A stretch of DNA of 64,000 nt from Gnetum montanum (taxonomy: Eukaryota; Plantae; Gnetophyta), in NCBI GenBank assembly GCA_015680685.1, contig MNCI01002773.1, forward strand, positions 85,616 through 149,615, read 5' to 3'. Both the position numbers and the translations under genes were made by a program. Under the pieces are notes generated by a model. That model was not told the DNA's origin, ran no database searches, and worked only from the letters and a program-made list of their open reading frames with translations. This document shows, piece by piece, positions 52,037-64,000 of the stretch; position 1 is the first letter of the stretch, and each line of letters starts with the position of its first letter.

Positions 52037-53449
52037 TGTTCACTCTTGAAATTGATGATGACAAAGAAGAATACCAAGCTTCGACACCACTTTTGGATCG
52101 ATGAACATACAAGGGGGATGAATAAATTTTCCAAATTACAATTCTTCTAACAAAGCACACACACCAAATTTAACGTGGTTTCCCAACTTGGGTAGTCAAC
52201 ACTTGAAGGGTAGATCACAAGTACACCTTTTAACTTTGTTGCTCTCAAATGTGGTTTGAAAGGTACCACACCATATATAAGATCTAAGCTCTACTCCAAA
52301 GTTTTGTGATGCTACACCAACCACTCAACCCCGCAAAGTCCCAACAAGCTTAGAATGTGCTTTCCAAGCTCACACAACCTTTACAATCTTAAGCTTTATT
52401 GTAGAGTGTTGTGGCACTACACCAACACTCAATCTCATAGGATCCCAACAAGCTCAAGCAAGATGCCTTCCTTCAAGAAGCACAACAACCCCGTAGAGCA
52501 CCAAGGGAGAACAACAATTACAATGAATGAATGCAACTTAGTTTTTTTATCCTTGCACTTTGAGGTATAGCACACTTTACAATGGATAAAAGATAATACA
52601 ATGAGAAATAACAATGATTACAATGATTGACAAATTATTACACAATGATTATACAAGAGCCTGCACATTTTCCAATGAGTATGATGTCTTCTTATAGTCA
52701 CTATGTTTCCAAATCCATGTTGGAACTCATGCAATAGCTAGCTAACAATCATGGAAGACATCTTCTTCATGCCTAAGACATCTTTCTACATTTTCCTCTA
52801 TTCTTGGAAGACATCTTTGTCTAGGGAAATACTTCTTTCTAAAACTGGTCTTCATTCTAGAAAGATGTCTTTGTCTAGGGAAAGACATCTTTGTCTAATG
52901 AAAGATGTTTACTATTTCTTGGAGATTTCTTTGCCTGTGCATCCTTCAATTCTATCAAAATGTCTACAATTTCTTGGAGATGTCTTTCTTCATCTCCATT
53001 TGCATGATGAATTCTTTGTTCCTTGTTCATAACCTTGCACATCTGCATGCTTCAATGATGATAACTTTTCTTGAGAGTTATTTGGTCCTTGCCCACATTC
53101 TTTGAAGTCTTGCATGCTCACTTGAGACCTTGTGAATGACGTTCTCCTTTGAGCTCTAAACCAGTTCATTCCTTATCATCAATGTAGGATTTATCTCATC
53201 TTGGTTTCTCATGTATGTTTTCCTACAATCACACAACCATACAAACAAGCTTTCAATCCATTTTACTTAAGGTTTTGACACACCAAAAGGTCAACATGTC
53301 ATCCTCTTGGTTAGGTTCTCTATGATTACTCATTGATTTTTAAATTTGGATCTAAGAACCTCAAGCTTCACATTAGCTCCCTTTGGCTTCTACTTTATTC
53401 CCTTATGGAGCTTGAATTCTCCCTCATATAAAAGGTATTAAATAATGAC

Positions 53450-54930
53450 CTACTTCTTTAATTTTGACTTTGATCTTCAAGTAGTGAGCATTATTACATT
53501 TGCATATCAAAACTTAAAAACTTTCAAGTATTCTATCATTGTCTCAATTTGCAACTCCTTCATGTGTATTTTTGCATTATTATACATATTTAGTTCATCA
53601 AAGAAGGGCTATCATGCATCTTCTTATTGTTGGACTTATTGGAGGATGACATTCATCTTTACATTAAGTGCATCAAAGGTGGGCTACCATTCTATCACTT
53701 TCCCCTTCTTCCAATATTATTAAGAATGCTACAAAATTGTCCAAAATATCTAGCACTTACTCTATAAGTAGGGTTTCTAAGACTTCACTAGTGATAAGGT
53801 TAGTATGAATAGTGGCTTGACTTCTCTATGCTAAGAACATATTAGCTAAGTCATCTCATTTAAATGGCTTATGACTAGATGATAATCTAATTGCTTACCA
53901 CCACTAGGAACTTGCTAGTATTTCTCTCTAAGTTATCATAAATGCTTCTCAACACCTATCGTGTCTTTGGTTGGTGGTGGTGGTGATGCCTCCTCTTCTT
54001 AAAACCTTGGAAATGCCTTCTCCTTCATCATTTTTAATCAACATGTAGTTGTAGCCCTCTAAAGTACATCATTTACATAGAAAATGATCCCTTTCTTTTT
54101 GTAAAGTTTCTTGATTAAGCATGGAAAGAGGAGTGTCTTCTTATCCTTTTAATTTTTCTTAAAGTGATTCTCAATCTTCTAGAAGATAAACTATGTTAGG
54201 TTGACTAGTAACTTATTGCTAAGAGCCATACATGCAATGGTAGAAAAAGACATCACCTTGCTTGATTGAATGACTAAATTAATGTGGTACATTGCTATCT
54301 TAAAATAGACTCTCTCTATATTTTTCTAGGTGTCATACTCTTTATAATCAATGTTGTAACATCATTGGGTCCACTCCTGTTTAGCCTCTACATCTTACTA
54401 CGTGGACACCTCTATGGATTTTTAACCTTTTTTGGGTAATCTTAACGTCTCAACTATGGTCTCCATCCAATAGGAATGGTAATATATTTTATTTTTACTA
54501 TAAGTACGTCTCACCAAGATATCATTCCTCACTGATAGAAATTATCATCCAAAGTAAGAATATCTACAACTACACTCTAACCTCCTAGGATGTGAACTCT
54601 AAGAATGACCTAAAGTTGGGCTCTTGGAGAATAGAATTCTAGATCCCTTTGCTTCTACCATTTTTTAGAAATTCCTTTGTGAGTGTGACCTCTAACCTTG
54701 ACTTGTGTATAAAAATTTCATTCTACCTAGACTATCACATTTCTATAGTGGAAATCTGATGAACTCATTCCACCTCTAGATCTTTCCTTAGACAAGGGTA
54801 GATACATGAGTGGCCTTGGCTACTTTCTTGACTTGTTCTTATTGTCTTCATCCTCATCTTTGGAACTTCTCCCTTGGTTGTAGGGGTCCACCCACTTGAA
54901 GGCCTCATTTTGGTATCATCTACAATCACA
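53450..54930 (-). pseudogene. Athila 3' accessory ('env-like') ORF relic of G
   Basis: Minus-strand coding-like stretch downstream of INT (acidic/basic N-terminus; ...METIVETLRLPK...); the position is typical of Athila; heavily decayed. Confidence 0.5.
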
Positions 54931-56204
54931 TAGATGAACATTAATTAGCTCTTAGCATGAATACAAGTGTTGGTAACTTTTCTCTATTTTTTAGTTACCT
55001 TAATTCATAAAAAATTCGATATTAATGCTTCTAAGTGATTGTAGTCTTATGGTTCCAAGATTTTAGGATAGCTAAGTGTTGCTAATTTTAATTAATTTTT
55101 ATTATTTTAATCTTTAACAACCTTTCATGCTAACTATAGGGGTGTTGAAAAAGTTTCAAAATCCTTAGTCCTAGTGCCCCCACAAAATAGAACTCAACGC
55201 TCAGAGCTTACAAGATTAAAAACAACTAAAATCAAGTGCACAAGTTGGTAGATATTATGATTAGATTTCTCTAGACTCTTAGAAGAAAAAAACTTGTATC
55301 CTATTTGGGAGAATATGCTAAGAAATTAGCTAAGTGTTGCACATATTTATTCTATTTTTTAGTTGTATTGACATGGATGCATCAATGTATCTATTTGCAT
55401 TGATGGAGATGCGTCAACAAGGTGTAAGCTAAAAATTTTCTTTTGAATTTTTTGCCTATTTTTGAAAATTTTAAAGTAATCTAGGAGTTGAATGAAAGCT
55501 AGAAAGAGGATCTAGATAGGAAAACATCAATGAGGTTAGCTAAAGATTCATATGTATTTAGAAATATTTATGAAATGAATAGGGGTTTGGCATATGTTTT
55601 TCATTAGAAAATCAAATGAAACAAAAAATCCATTCAAAATCAAAACTATAACTCAATGTTTTAGATATGTGGAAGTAATGTATAGAATAGATGTCCAAAA
55701 TTTATACAAGTGAGTCCTCCCCAATGTAGGCTCATGTTCTTAATGCCCTTGTATAATCATTTCATAGGGTATCTATAGGCATATTGGAAATTAAATATTG
55801 ATCCATTCTATATATCACATCCACACAACAATTGTCTTTGGAATCCTGCACTATACTAAAAAAAATCATCAGGCCAACAATTACATGCAGTAGTGAGGTG
55901 AATAATAGAATAAGAAGGGACTATAGAAATAGGGATGTGAGATTCTTTATCCTATCTACAATAGGTCCTTATGCTGAAGGTAATAAAAATGATCATCATA
56001 CCTATTCATCCAAGTTTTAGACCAAGTCAATATCTTTTCTAATGACATTGCATTACCTCATCCTGGACTTACAACCATAGTACTACCAAAACCATATGAA
56101 AATATCATTACTTAACAAAAGAAAACAAGGAAGCATTTTTTATTAATTAACTACTTAAAATGTTAAGTATTTTAAAGAAACTTGACCATCAGTTAAAGGG
56201 ATTT

Positions 56205-56480
56205 TGTTAGGCATGGATAACATGTCTTTGCAATCTAATAGTTGATGCTAATTTCATTAGAAGAGTACCTTCAGACATGGGTAACAAGTTTTTTGGTCAC
56301 ATAATGAGACTAGTCTAATAAACTTTTGCGATTTTTGGAAGTAGCCTATCTTTAGGTATGGGTAACATGTCTTTCTAGTGGAACCCTAGGAATTAGTTTT
56401 CTTTTGTCAATTAACTAATAATTGTATTTTCTTTATCAAAGACCCACCTTCAAGCATGGGTAACATGTCTTTCTAATGAC
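56205..56480. repeat. Four dispersed copies of ATGGGTAACATGTCTTT in the 3' non-coding region of G
   Basis: Copies at about 56213, 56277, 56358 and 56456. Confidence 0.8.
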
Positions 56481-57199
56481 ATGGTAAAAAAACACTTATT
56501 CAAGAACATTCTTCCATCAAAATTAAAATATGATTAATGGCATAAATATGTGGAGTAGTAAGATCCATAAAGGAAGTACAAGGAATCAACAACTTCCCTT
56601 GATCCCACATCCTTTTCCATTTCTTCTTGGTCCTTCCCCCTTTCCTAAAGGCATAAGAATTATGAATTAATTTTAGCTTTAATGTGAGAAAAACTATATT
56701 ACTTTCAAGATGAGAACCTCTTATTTTTAAAAATGGAGGGATAGATGATGTAGCATCAATGAATTATATAACTACTTACCCAATCATCTTGACAGTGTAG
56801 AATATTATCTAAATAACAAAGCTAGCCGGTACATAAAATGAAAATCCTTATTAATGAAAAATAGAAAAATTGAAATTAAACTAAATATGTAAAAGGTAAA
56901 ATGGCTTAAAGAAAGAAAAAGTATAAAATAAAATTAAAAATTACAAGAAATAGAAAACATACAAAGAACTAAGAAAATGAAGAAGAAATTGTAAAACAAA
57001 AAAATAAAAAAAATCATGCTTTTACAATAGGTTAGGTCATATGGGTATCTTCCTCACAACTAAATTGAGAGGTGGAGGTACATAAAATGGAGTGGTCTTG
57101 GCCATGGGTTCAGGTGTCATTGAATTTCTTGATTCCTAGAAAATCCTTAAATAGTTTTACTTATTAGGTGTTGACCAAAAGGGAAATCAGGATAGCAAA

Positions 57200-59850
57200 T
57201 CTTCATGGCTCCTAAATGTAAAGTGGAGTGAATAATATAGAAGCTTCTCACAATGTTTATAATTTCATTCATTAAGGTATGTATGTGGGGTTTCAATAAA
57301 GGATCTTATCTCTTGGTTGGAAGTCCACTTTTCATATCTTAGCATTATGATGTTGTTTGGTGTATGTATATCTTATGCACTTCATTCATCATAAGGGATA
57401 CTTGTCTATTTTCATTTAGTTTGTTAAGGTTCATTATATTCTCTTTTTATGCTAGATTGGTATTAAATTCAAGCTTACAAGTTATGTTGAGTGTGCATAA
57501 TTATGCTTGTATGGGAAGTTTTGGTAGCTTATCATACACTAACTCATAGGGAGAGTAGTCTATCGAGAGTTTCCAAGTGGAGCAGTAGGACTATAAAGAA
57601 CTATTGACTTTCATGCTCTAATCTTACCTATACTTACTAATGGTTTTAGTAAGAAGTTCCATGATTTTCCTATTTATTAATTCTACATGACCACTTGCTT
57701 GAGAATGATATGGTGTTATCAATTTATCATCCACCCTTAAGCATCTCATTAGTTTTATAAAAGTAGCTTCTATAAAGTAAGTTCCAGTATCAGACATAAG
57801 TACCCTCAGCATATCAAACTTATTTATCACATTGTGTTAAAAAATTTGAATGTAATATTTGATGTATAATGTATTACAGTTATATCCTCTGTTCACTTCA
57901 TGTAATAGTTCAAGAAAATGATGATGCAATATTTTTCATTTGACATGGGCATGATGGAATACATGATATTAATTTTCCAAATATTGAAAGGTTTGAATGA
58001 TTAGATCCATTATTGAGGCTTCTTCAGCCTTATAGTCATTCCCCCATCTCTTTGGCATTGCTCATAAGAGTTAGCAAAGTTATGTGCATCCCTTAAAATA
58101 ATGGGCTAAAATTATCCATCCATGAGGATTTTGATTGTCATTCTCCTTCCTACATGATGATCTCCATAAGATCCCTCATATGCATCTTGAAAAATTCTAA
58201 ATTAATCTTTATCAGAGACATGTCATCATACCAAGTCATCTACACAAATCTTATAGAGATTACCCTCAATCTTCATATAGTGCTTAACTTGGTAAAGGAA
58301 GTGTTGTTTTTTCTTCTTGTCTCATTCAATAGGAACCTCATAGTGAGTAAATATGAGAGAAATTTGACATACCGTGATTTTGTTGCATCTGTTGCAACTA
58401 TTGTATCCTTTGCAAACAATGTTGCATCCAAAAATTGATCAAAAAGAAGTTCTTCATCAACTTTGTTATCTCATCTTAACCAAGGTAAATGATCTACAAC
58501 AACATTTTCAATTCCCTTTCTATCAATCATTGTAAGATCAAAATCCTACAACATCATTAGTCATCATATGATACAAGGGCTATCATTGATTTATTCAGTA
58601 GGAATCATATTGCACTATGATCTATTTTCATATAAGCTACATATCCAAGTACATAGTATCTAAATTTCTCTCATATGTACACCACAGCCATTAGTTCCTT
58701 CTTTGTTATGGTGTAGTTCAGCTGTGCATCTACAATACTTCTTCTTGAACAATGGATATAGTATGGACATTTGCAATCATCAAACTATATAAGAATAACT
58801 TCCAAGATAAATTTGGAAGCATCAATCATGATGTAGAATGCTTTTAATCAATTCAACACTCATAGAATTGGAGTTTCTATGAATTTTTACTTCAAAACTT
58901 AGAATGCATACTTGCATTTCTTCGTCTATCTGAATGGTACATCCTTCTTTGTCAACTCTATCACAAGTTTCACAATCTTGGAGAAATTATCAATAAACAT
59001 CCTATACTAGCCTAAATTGCTCTTCTATTAATTGAGCTTAAGATTTATCTCCACATATTGTTTCAAAACTTGCTCAAGATGATCTAATACTTACTCAAAG
59101 TCTACCAAATTGATGGAGAAGTCATCTATGAAGACTTTCACATTGTAGCCAATTTATTACTAAAAGATGCCAAGGATAAGTTATTGGAAGGTTATAAGTA
59201 CATTGCATAGGTCAAATGGCATCTTTTTGCATGAAAAAGTTCCCTAAGGACTTATGAATGTTATTTTGACCTAATCTTTTGGAGCTATTTGGATTTAAAT
59301 GTAGCCACTATAGCCATCTAGAAAGTTGTAATACTTGTGGCCTACAATGATGTCTAATACTTTGTTCAAAAATGGTAATGAAAAATGATCTTTGAAAGTT
59401 ATTATATTCAACAATCTTAAGGTAATGCAAATTTATCATTATCCACTTTTCTCATACATAAAAGCTAGTGGGCTCACCCACTCACTATCTACTATAGAAT
59501 AGATGAATCTAGCTTTTAAAAAATTTTCTACCTTCTTCTTAATCACATGGTTCAATTTAGGATTCAATCTTCTCTATGCTTGTTACTTATGCTTAATGGT
59601 CGAGCCTGTGTAGATTCTATGCTAACATATGCATGGGTCAATGTCTATGATTTTATCATATGACCAAGCGAAGACTGTTGGTCATTTATTTACCACATTT
59701 AGAAACTTATATTTTTGTTCCTTTATGAGCTAGGCATTTTTGATTATTGGTTTGTCATTTTTCAAGAATACATACTCAAGAGATTCCTATAATGTTTTTA
59801 GCTCTACGAATTCTAGTTTAGATACTTCAATATTTTCCACCTCTCCCTAA
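57200..59850 (-). pseudogene. RT-RH-INT relic of G
   Basis: DHFSLPFLNKVL, YNFLDGYSGY, KMPFDLCN, VFIDDFS (about 59125); IDASKF, QLNYTITKKELMAVV; SDTGTYF...TPYHSQASGHVELINR. Confidence 0.9.
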
Positions 59851-60188
59851 AATATTTTTACTTTCTTTCTAAGTTTTACATAAAAGCGATAGTGTTTGAG
59901 CTACTCCATTTTGTTTATCTTGTCGATGTATATACTTGTAAGGATTTCTATTGCATTCATGCATATTGTAGAATTAAATAAATCATTTGATGTCAACCAC
60001 TAAGTGTTCTCTTATTTTGTCGTTAATATGTATAGGTACCTTTGGACATTAACTGGCTTGGCACACATCCTGCATGCTGCAATGGTTCTACTTCTTATTG
60101 CCCAAATTTTCTACATATAGTTGCACACTATATCATTGTATGCAATGGATGGAACTCTCTTTTTCTCTAACCTTCAATGCTCATTCTC

Positions 60189-60545
60189 CTAGGAAATTTC
60201 CAAGGATAGATATTTGATTATTGGCCTAGCATAGATTATGCTTACCCAAGATTTTTCCATGATGACAAGGATGTCCCCCTTGAAATTAGCCACATGGATT
60301 ACTAGGAAATCAACAAGATGTGACCAACCACTAATGATGGCCGAAATGTCTTTCACCAGCCCTAAGGAAATAGTGATGGATTTTTCTACAAGCTCCAACC
60401 AAATGTTGTGTTTCTTTAATAATGGCAAGTTCAATGCCTTGTATATTTCTTGAGAAATTAGATTGATCATGGAACCTAAGTCTAATAGAGCTTTACATGA
60501 TGTATATTCTGTGATCTATAAGTAAATCAAGAGACTTCCTAGATT
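60189..60545 (-). pseudogene. Protease relic of G
   Basis: ALLDLGSMINLISQEIY...LGLVKDI...VDFLVI; clearly homologous to B's PR. Confidence 0.88.
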
Positions 60546-61149
60546 AGTTCTTCTTCTAGAGTAATGTACTATTCTTATCTAGTCTATAACCACATGAGTA
60601 AGCATGACAATTTGCATATTATGAGTACCTTGGTTTGCAGATGACTTGGATCTTATCTAGGAGGTTATTGGTTTTGAATCTACAACTATGGATGCTAGGC
60701 TTACACTCAAAAACACTTAAGTTATCATCCACTTTCAAGTGTATTTCTCTCATAGAATTTTGTTGCTAAGGCTACAAAGTAATTTCTCATTGCATCAATG
60801 GAGTAGGTGGCAAGGAAATTAGGGCATGAGGTTGAAAGTGTTACAGAAGATGATGAGTATAAGTGAAAGAAGATTCAACATGTTGAGTGCAAGTCTATGG
60901 TACTTCAAAGGATAATATGATGAGTAGAGACATGAGTAGTAGAGCTACTAGAAGATACAGGTTGTTGGACATAATATCCATAAGAATCATGTTGCTTGTA
61001 AGGATATTGTTTCCTTGATGGTTTCATCTCCCACTACTAACAACAATCCTAAGATCGAGGTAGAGCTCTACTTGGATAATATTATTTTTTACAATAGAGC
61101 TACCTATAGTTTCCTTAAGGATAAGGTAACCTTCTTGGAACTTTCTTCT

Positions 61150-62430
61150 TGATGAATTTTGGATTTAATGCATAATCCCCAAACTCCTGCAAGTGTGACA
61201 TTATTGGGTAAAAACATTTTGGATATTCATATCAACAAATGTAATAGTCATCGTTATCTAACTCAAAGTCTTAAACCTCCTTCACTACAACCACTTTTCC
61301 TTTGTACTAGTAGTAGTCCTTTTCTATATTTCTTTTCTTTCTTTCATTTTTATCCTTAGCTCTTCCCTATTCTACTTTCTCCTCCATGATCTTTAGTCTT
61401 ATTTGGAATTTTTCATCAATAAAGTCCCACATTTTATCAATCTTTATTAAAATTTTAGTAATTTATATTTAAATGAGTAAGGTATTTCTCTACACTACTT
61501 CCTCTAATAATGCTTCTTCCTTAGTTCATAGAAATGTTCCTCCATTTTGTGAATTGAGGGATTTTTTTGTACTATCTACAATTTCTCTCTTTTTTATTTC
61601 ATCTTCTTGCTTCTCCACTTCATTAATTAGCATTTGAAATTGATGGACTCTCATCTAAAATAATCTTCCTTGAGCATAAATCTCAAGAGTCTCCCTTATC
61701 TTATTACAAAGTTCATCTATCATATGGCATAGCTACTCTTGTTGAGAAAAACCATGGCCCAAGCATTAGTGAAAAAATAATAGTATCTTCTCAAGGCTAC
61801 ATCAAGAAACTCATGGATACCTTGTCTCTACCCTTGTATTCACTTTCTCAAATTGGACACCCTAGATCATGTTTTATATTTATTATTAAATAATTCCAAC
61901 ATCATATTCTATCTCCAAATAAATTCTTGTTCCTAGGACCAATACCAACTTTTAGCTTCTTTGATAAGTATCCTTGAGAAAAAGTTCTAGCTTTTTTCAT
62001 TCATTCTCAATATTCTACAAGGCGTAGGCATCATGAAAGATTTGTAAGTGATGTTATAGGTTTACATTGTATCCTCCCTCAAACTTTAGAATGTTGTTCA
62101 TATCAAACCTTTTAATTTTGCTATTCCTTTGATGCCTGGTAAGGATGTAACCTGCCTCTTAAATATTTATCATACTTCTTGTGGTAAGCATCAATTCATC
62201 ATAATCATCTTGTTCCTCATGATTCTTTTCATGATAATATCTTCATTAACATTATTTGCTTTACCTCCTCTCATGGTGTTGCCCTTCTTATTTATGTCTA
62301 CCATTTCTATGACCATCTTTCCAATGATCCCTTCAATCATCTCCACTATGCATATGATCATTTCAACTCTTGCCTTTGCCCCATTCATCCTCATTAGATC
62401 TTGATAATGAGAATGAAGAACTAAAAGAGT
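61150..62430 (-). pseudogene. gag relic of G
   Basis: FHDAYAL*NIENE*KKLELF.RILIKEAKSWY matches B gag; R/H/E-rich N-terminal region. Confidence 0.8.
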
Positions 62431-62643
62431 TATGTTGACTTGATCTCCTTCTATGATCCCTTTGGTATTTTCCTGGTTATCTACTAGAAAATCTTCTCCT
62501 TAAGATCCCTAATATTTTGAATCTTATTCTTTCCATGTCTTGGTTACTTGTCAAGGCTAAACATAACTAAGGGTGGTTCATATCATTCCCACTAAGGGAT
62601 GGAGGATTTTGACATTGAAGCCTACCCAATTGTAATTGGTATT

Positions 62644-64000
62644 TCATGAGAAGTTGGGTATTCCAACACTCCACCATATAAGTCACAAGTGCACACATGT
62701 AACTAGATCATAATCCATGGATGGATAATGTAAATTCACTAGTAGTTGACATTTAATTTTTGATCACTGTCCTCTAACATTGACTTAGTAAAGTGGAAGT
62801 AGTATGGTTTAACTCCCAATGAGGTATATGATATCATGATGTTATAGGCTTAAATTAATCCTAAGTGCTTCCATAATGAAAATGAGAATAAATTCTAATT
62901 CTAGGTAATAATAGAAATGTAATTTTATCCTAGCCTATGGTGATAAGCATCTATTCCTAAATTTTTGTACATGCCATGGGCTCATGTAACTATTATTGTG
63001 ATTACCAAGTGAATTCACTACTAAGTACATCAAGTGAAGTCACTACTGGGTTACCAAATGATTACACTTAATACTCGAAACTAGTCATACTTATTCTCCC
63101 TTACTAATGGACATTTGAAAAGTAAAATACTTTAAAAATGTAAAGAACTTAACCAAAGTAAACATATTGGAAAATAAAAGTAAACTAAGTGAGATGCTGC
63201 AATGATATGAAACAGTCTTGATCTTTACTTCCATAAATGAATTGTGTCTAGGTACAATCCACTTGAATAAAGACTCTATACAATTTTTAGTTACCACAAT
63301 GCGGGCATTCACTTCTAACTCTAACTCTAAGTGTAACTCATAGAAAGAAATTGCAAGAATTTTGTTGTTTATTATGCAATAGTTATTCATTTGATGTCAT
63401 GATGAGTTCGTATATATAGTGAGAACCATGATCCACTACATCGCATCTACGATAACATAAGTAGAGCTATGATATCATAGATATGATATCATAACTTCAA
63501 ATTTAAAGAATTTTTTCATACCCTTACAACTACCTAAAAAATTTTCCTTGACTTAAAACAAAAGAACAATAGAGTTCCTTACAAAATTCAGAGGTGCACT
63601 CAGACTTTGACATAATTAGTTATATTGACTTAACTTGACTCTGAATGCAAAATTGTGGTATGAGTGGAATTACAACATTATCATGCATCACATCATTAAA
63701 GTAATTTGAAAAAGCAAACAATTAAAATAAGACAAAATCATAAAGCTTGATATAGCCTTATGTCCCTAGTGATAGAGGCTCCTCTATCAACTTCTTTCCT
63801 TTATCATTTGGCTTTGGAATCTAATATCTATTAAGTAATGCTAGAAGTTTCTTCTCTTTTGATATGGGATCATGTACTATCTAGGTGAATCTTGTGATGT
63901 TTACTAGAGTCGCTATCTCCCATGGGCATGGTAGCTATAGAAACATCTTACTTGCTTTTACATACCAAACTACAAACTATCATCTTTCTTCTTCCAATTC
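62644..64000 (-). mobile_element. Element I: 3' LTR (about 62644-63734) and adjacent internal sequence of another Athila-family copy nested in G's 5' region
   Basis: tcatgagaagttgggtattccaacactccaccatata resembles the Athila LTR end. There is no PBS at the junction, and the adjacent G sequence matches B at about 19490, i.e. about 570 bp inside the element. Confidence 0.6.

Larger units (their letters stand above)
47445..53296 (-). mobile_element. Element H: non-autonomous SIRE-type Ty1/copia element (gag only)
   Basis: LTRs 47445-48623 and about 52092-53296; near-perfect TSD TATCA/TGTCA; Met-PBS-like motif at 52078-52089; multiple PPTs (about 48625-48645 and 48706-48720); AAGACATCT repeats in U3; no pol motifs. 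Confidence 0.88.
46063..62643 (-). mobile_element. Element G: decayed, formerly autonomous Athila element related to B; 5' end displaced by I; contains H
   Basis: The LTR end at 46063 (tgatgaatggtggactaaccctatcctcaaccatatg) matches the reverse complement of B's LTR end. gag, PR, RT, RH, INT and a 3' accessory ORF lie on the minus strand. Non-coding blocks are shared with B (55710-55790 versus 23265-23335). Confidence 0.8.

Noticed and set aside
46063-64000. G as one intact element bounded by LTRs at 46063 and 62644
   Set aside because: No PBS at 62643, the junction maps inside the element, and the two LTRs are very divergent.

Overview
This is AT-rich, CpG-depleted plant-type heterochromatin. 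It contains no credible host gene and is almost entirely a nest of decayed LTR retrotransposons, which I resolved by eye from TG...CA termini, target-site duplications (TSDs), PBS/PPT motifs and residual protein motifs. Left part: an old Tat/Ogre-type Ty3/gypsy element A (<1-25573, +; RT-RH-aRH-INT at about 9.1-12.4 kb) carries solo LTR D1 (12976-15759). Its 3' LTR holds a pol-less Athila element B (16803-24701), whose 5' LTR in turn holds an inverted Tat solo LTR J (17092-18373). Middle part: an old copia F (fragments at about 26.0-26.9, 34.5-35.2 and 45.4-45.5 kb) is split by copia E (about 26895-34289, with solo LTR D2 at 31593-34218 in its LTR) and by a pol-less Tat element C (35217-45360, with Athila solo LTR K at 43133-44078 in its 3' LTR). 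Right part: an RTE-like LINE fragment (about 45.6-46.06 kb) is cut by a decayed Athila element G (46063-62643, -), which carries a gag-only SIRE element H (47445-53296) and the end of another Athila, I (62644->64000). The most notable observations are: (i) upstream of A's RT, where gag-protease should be, lie at least 9 kb holding an apparently multi-exon antisense gene relic and an array of palindromes spaced about 190 bp apart; (ii) three unrelated lineages each have intact-ended elements that keep gag (two also protease) but lack the rest of pol; (iii) Tat and Athila LTRs are nested reciprocally in each other; (iv) LTRs keep conserved ends while the repeats in U3 are swapped. All identities are visual estimates; no searches were run.
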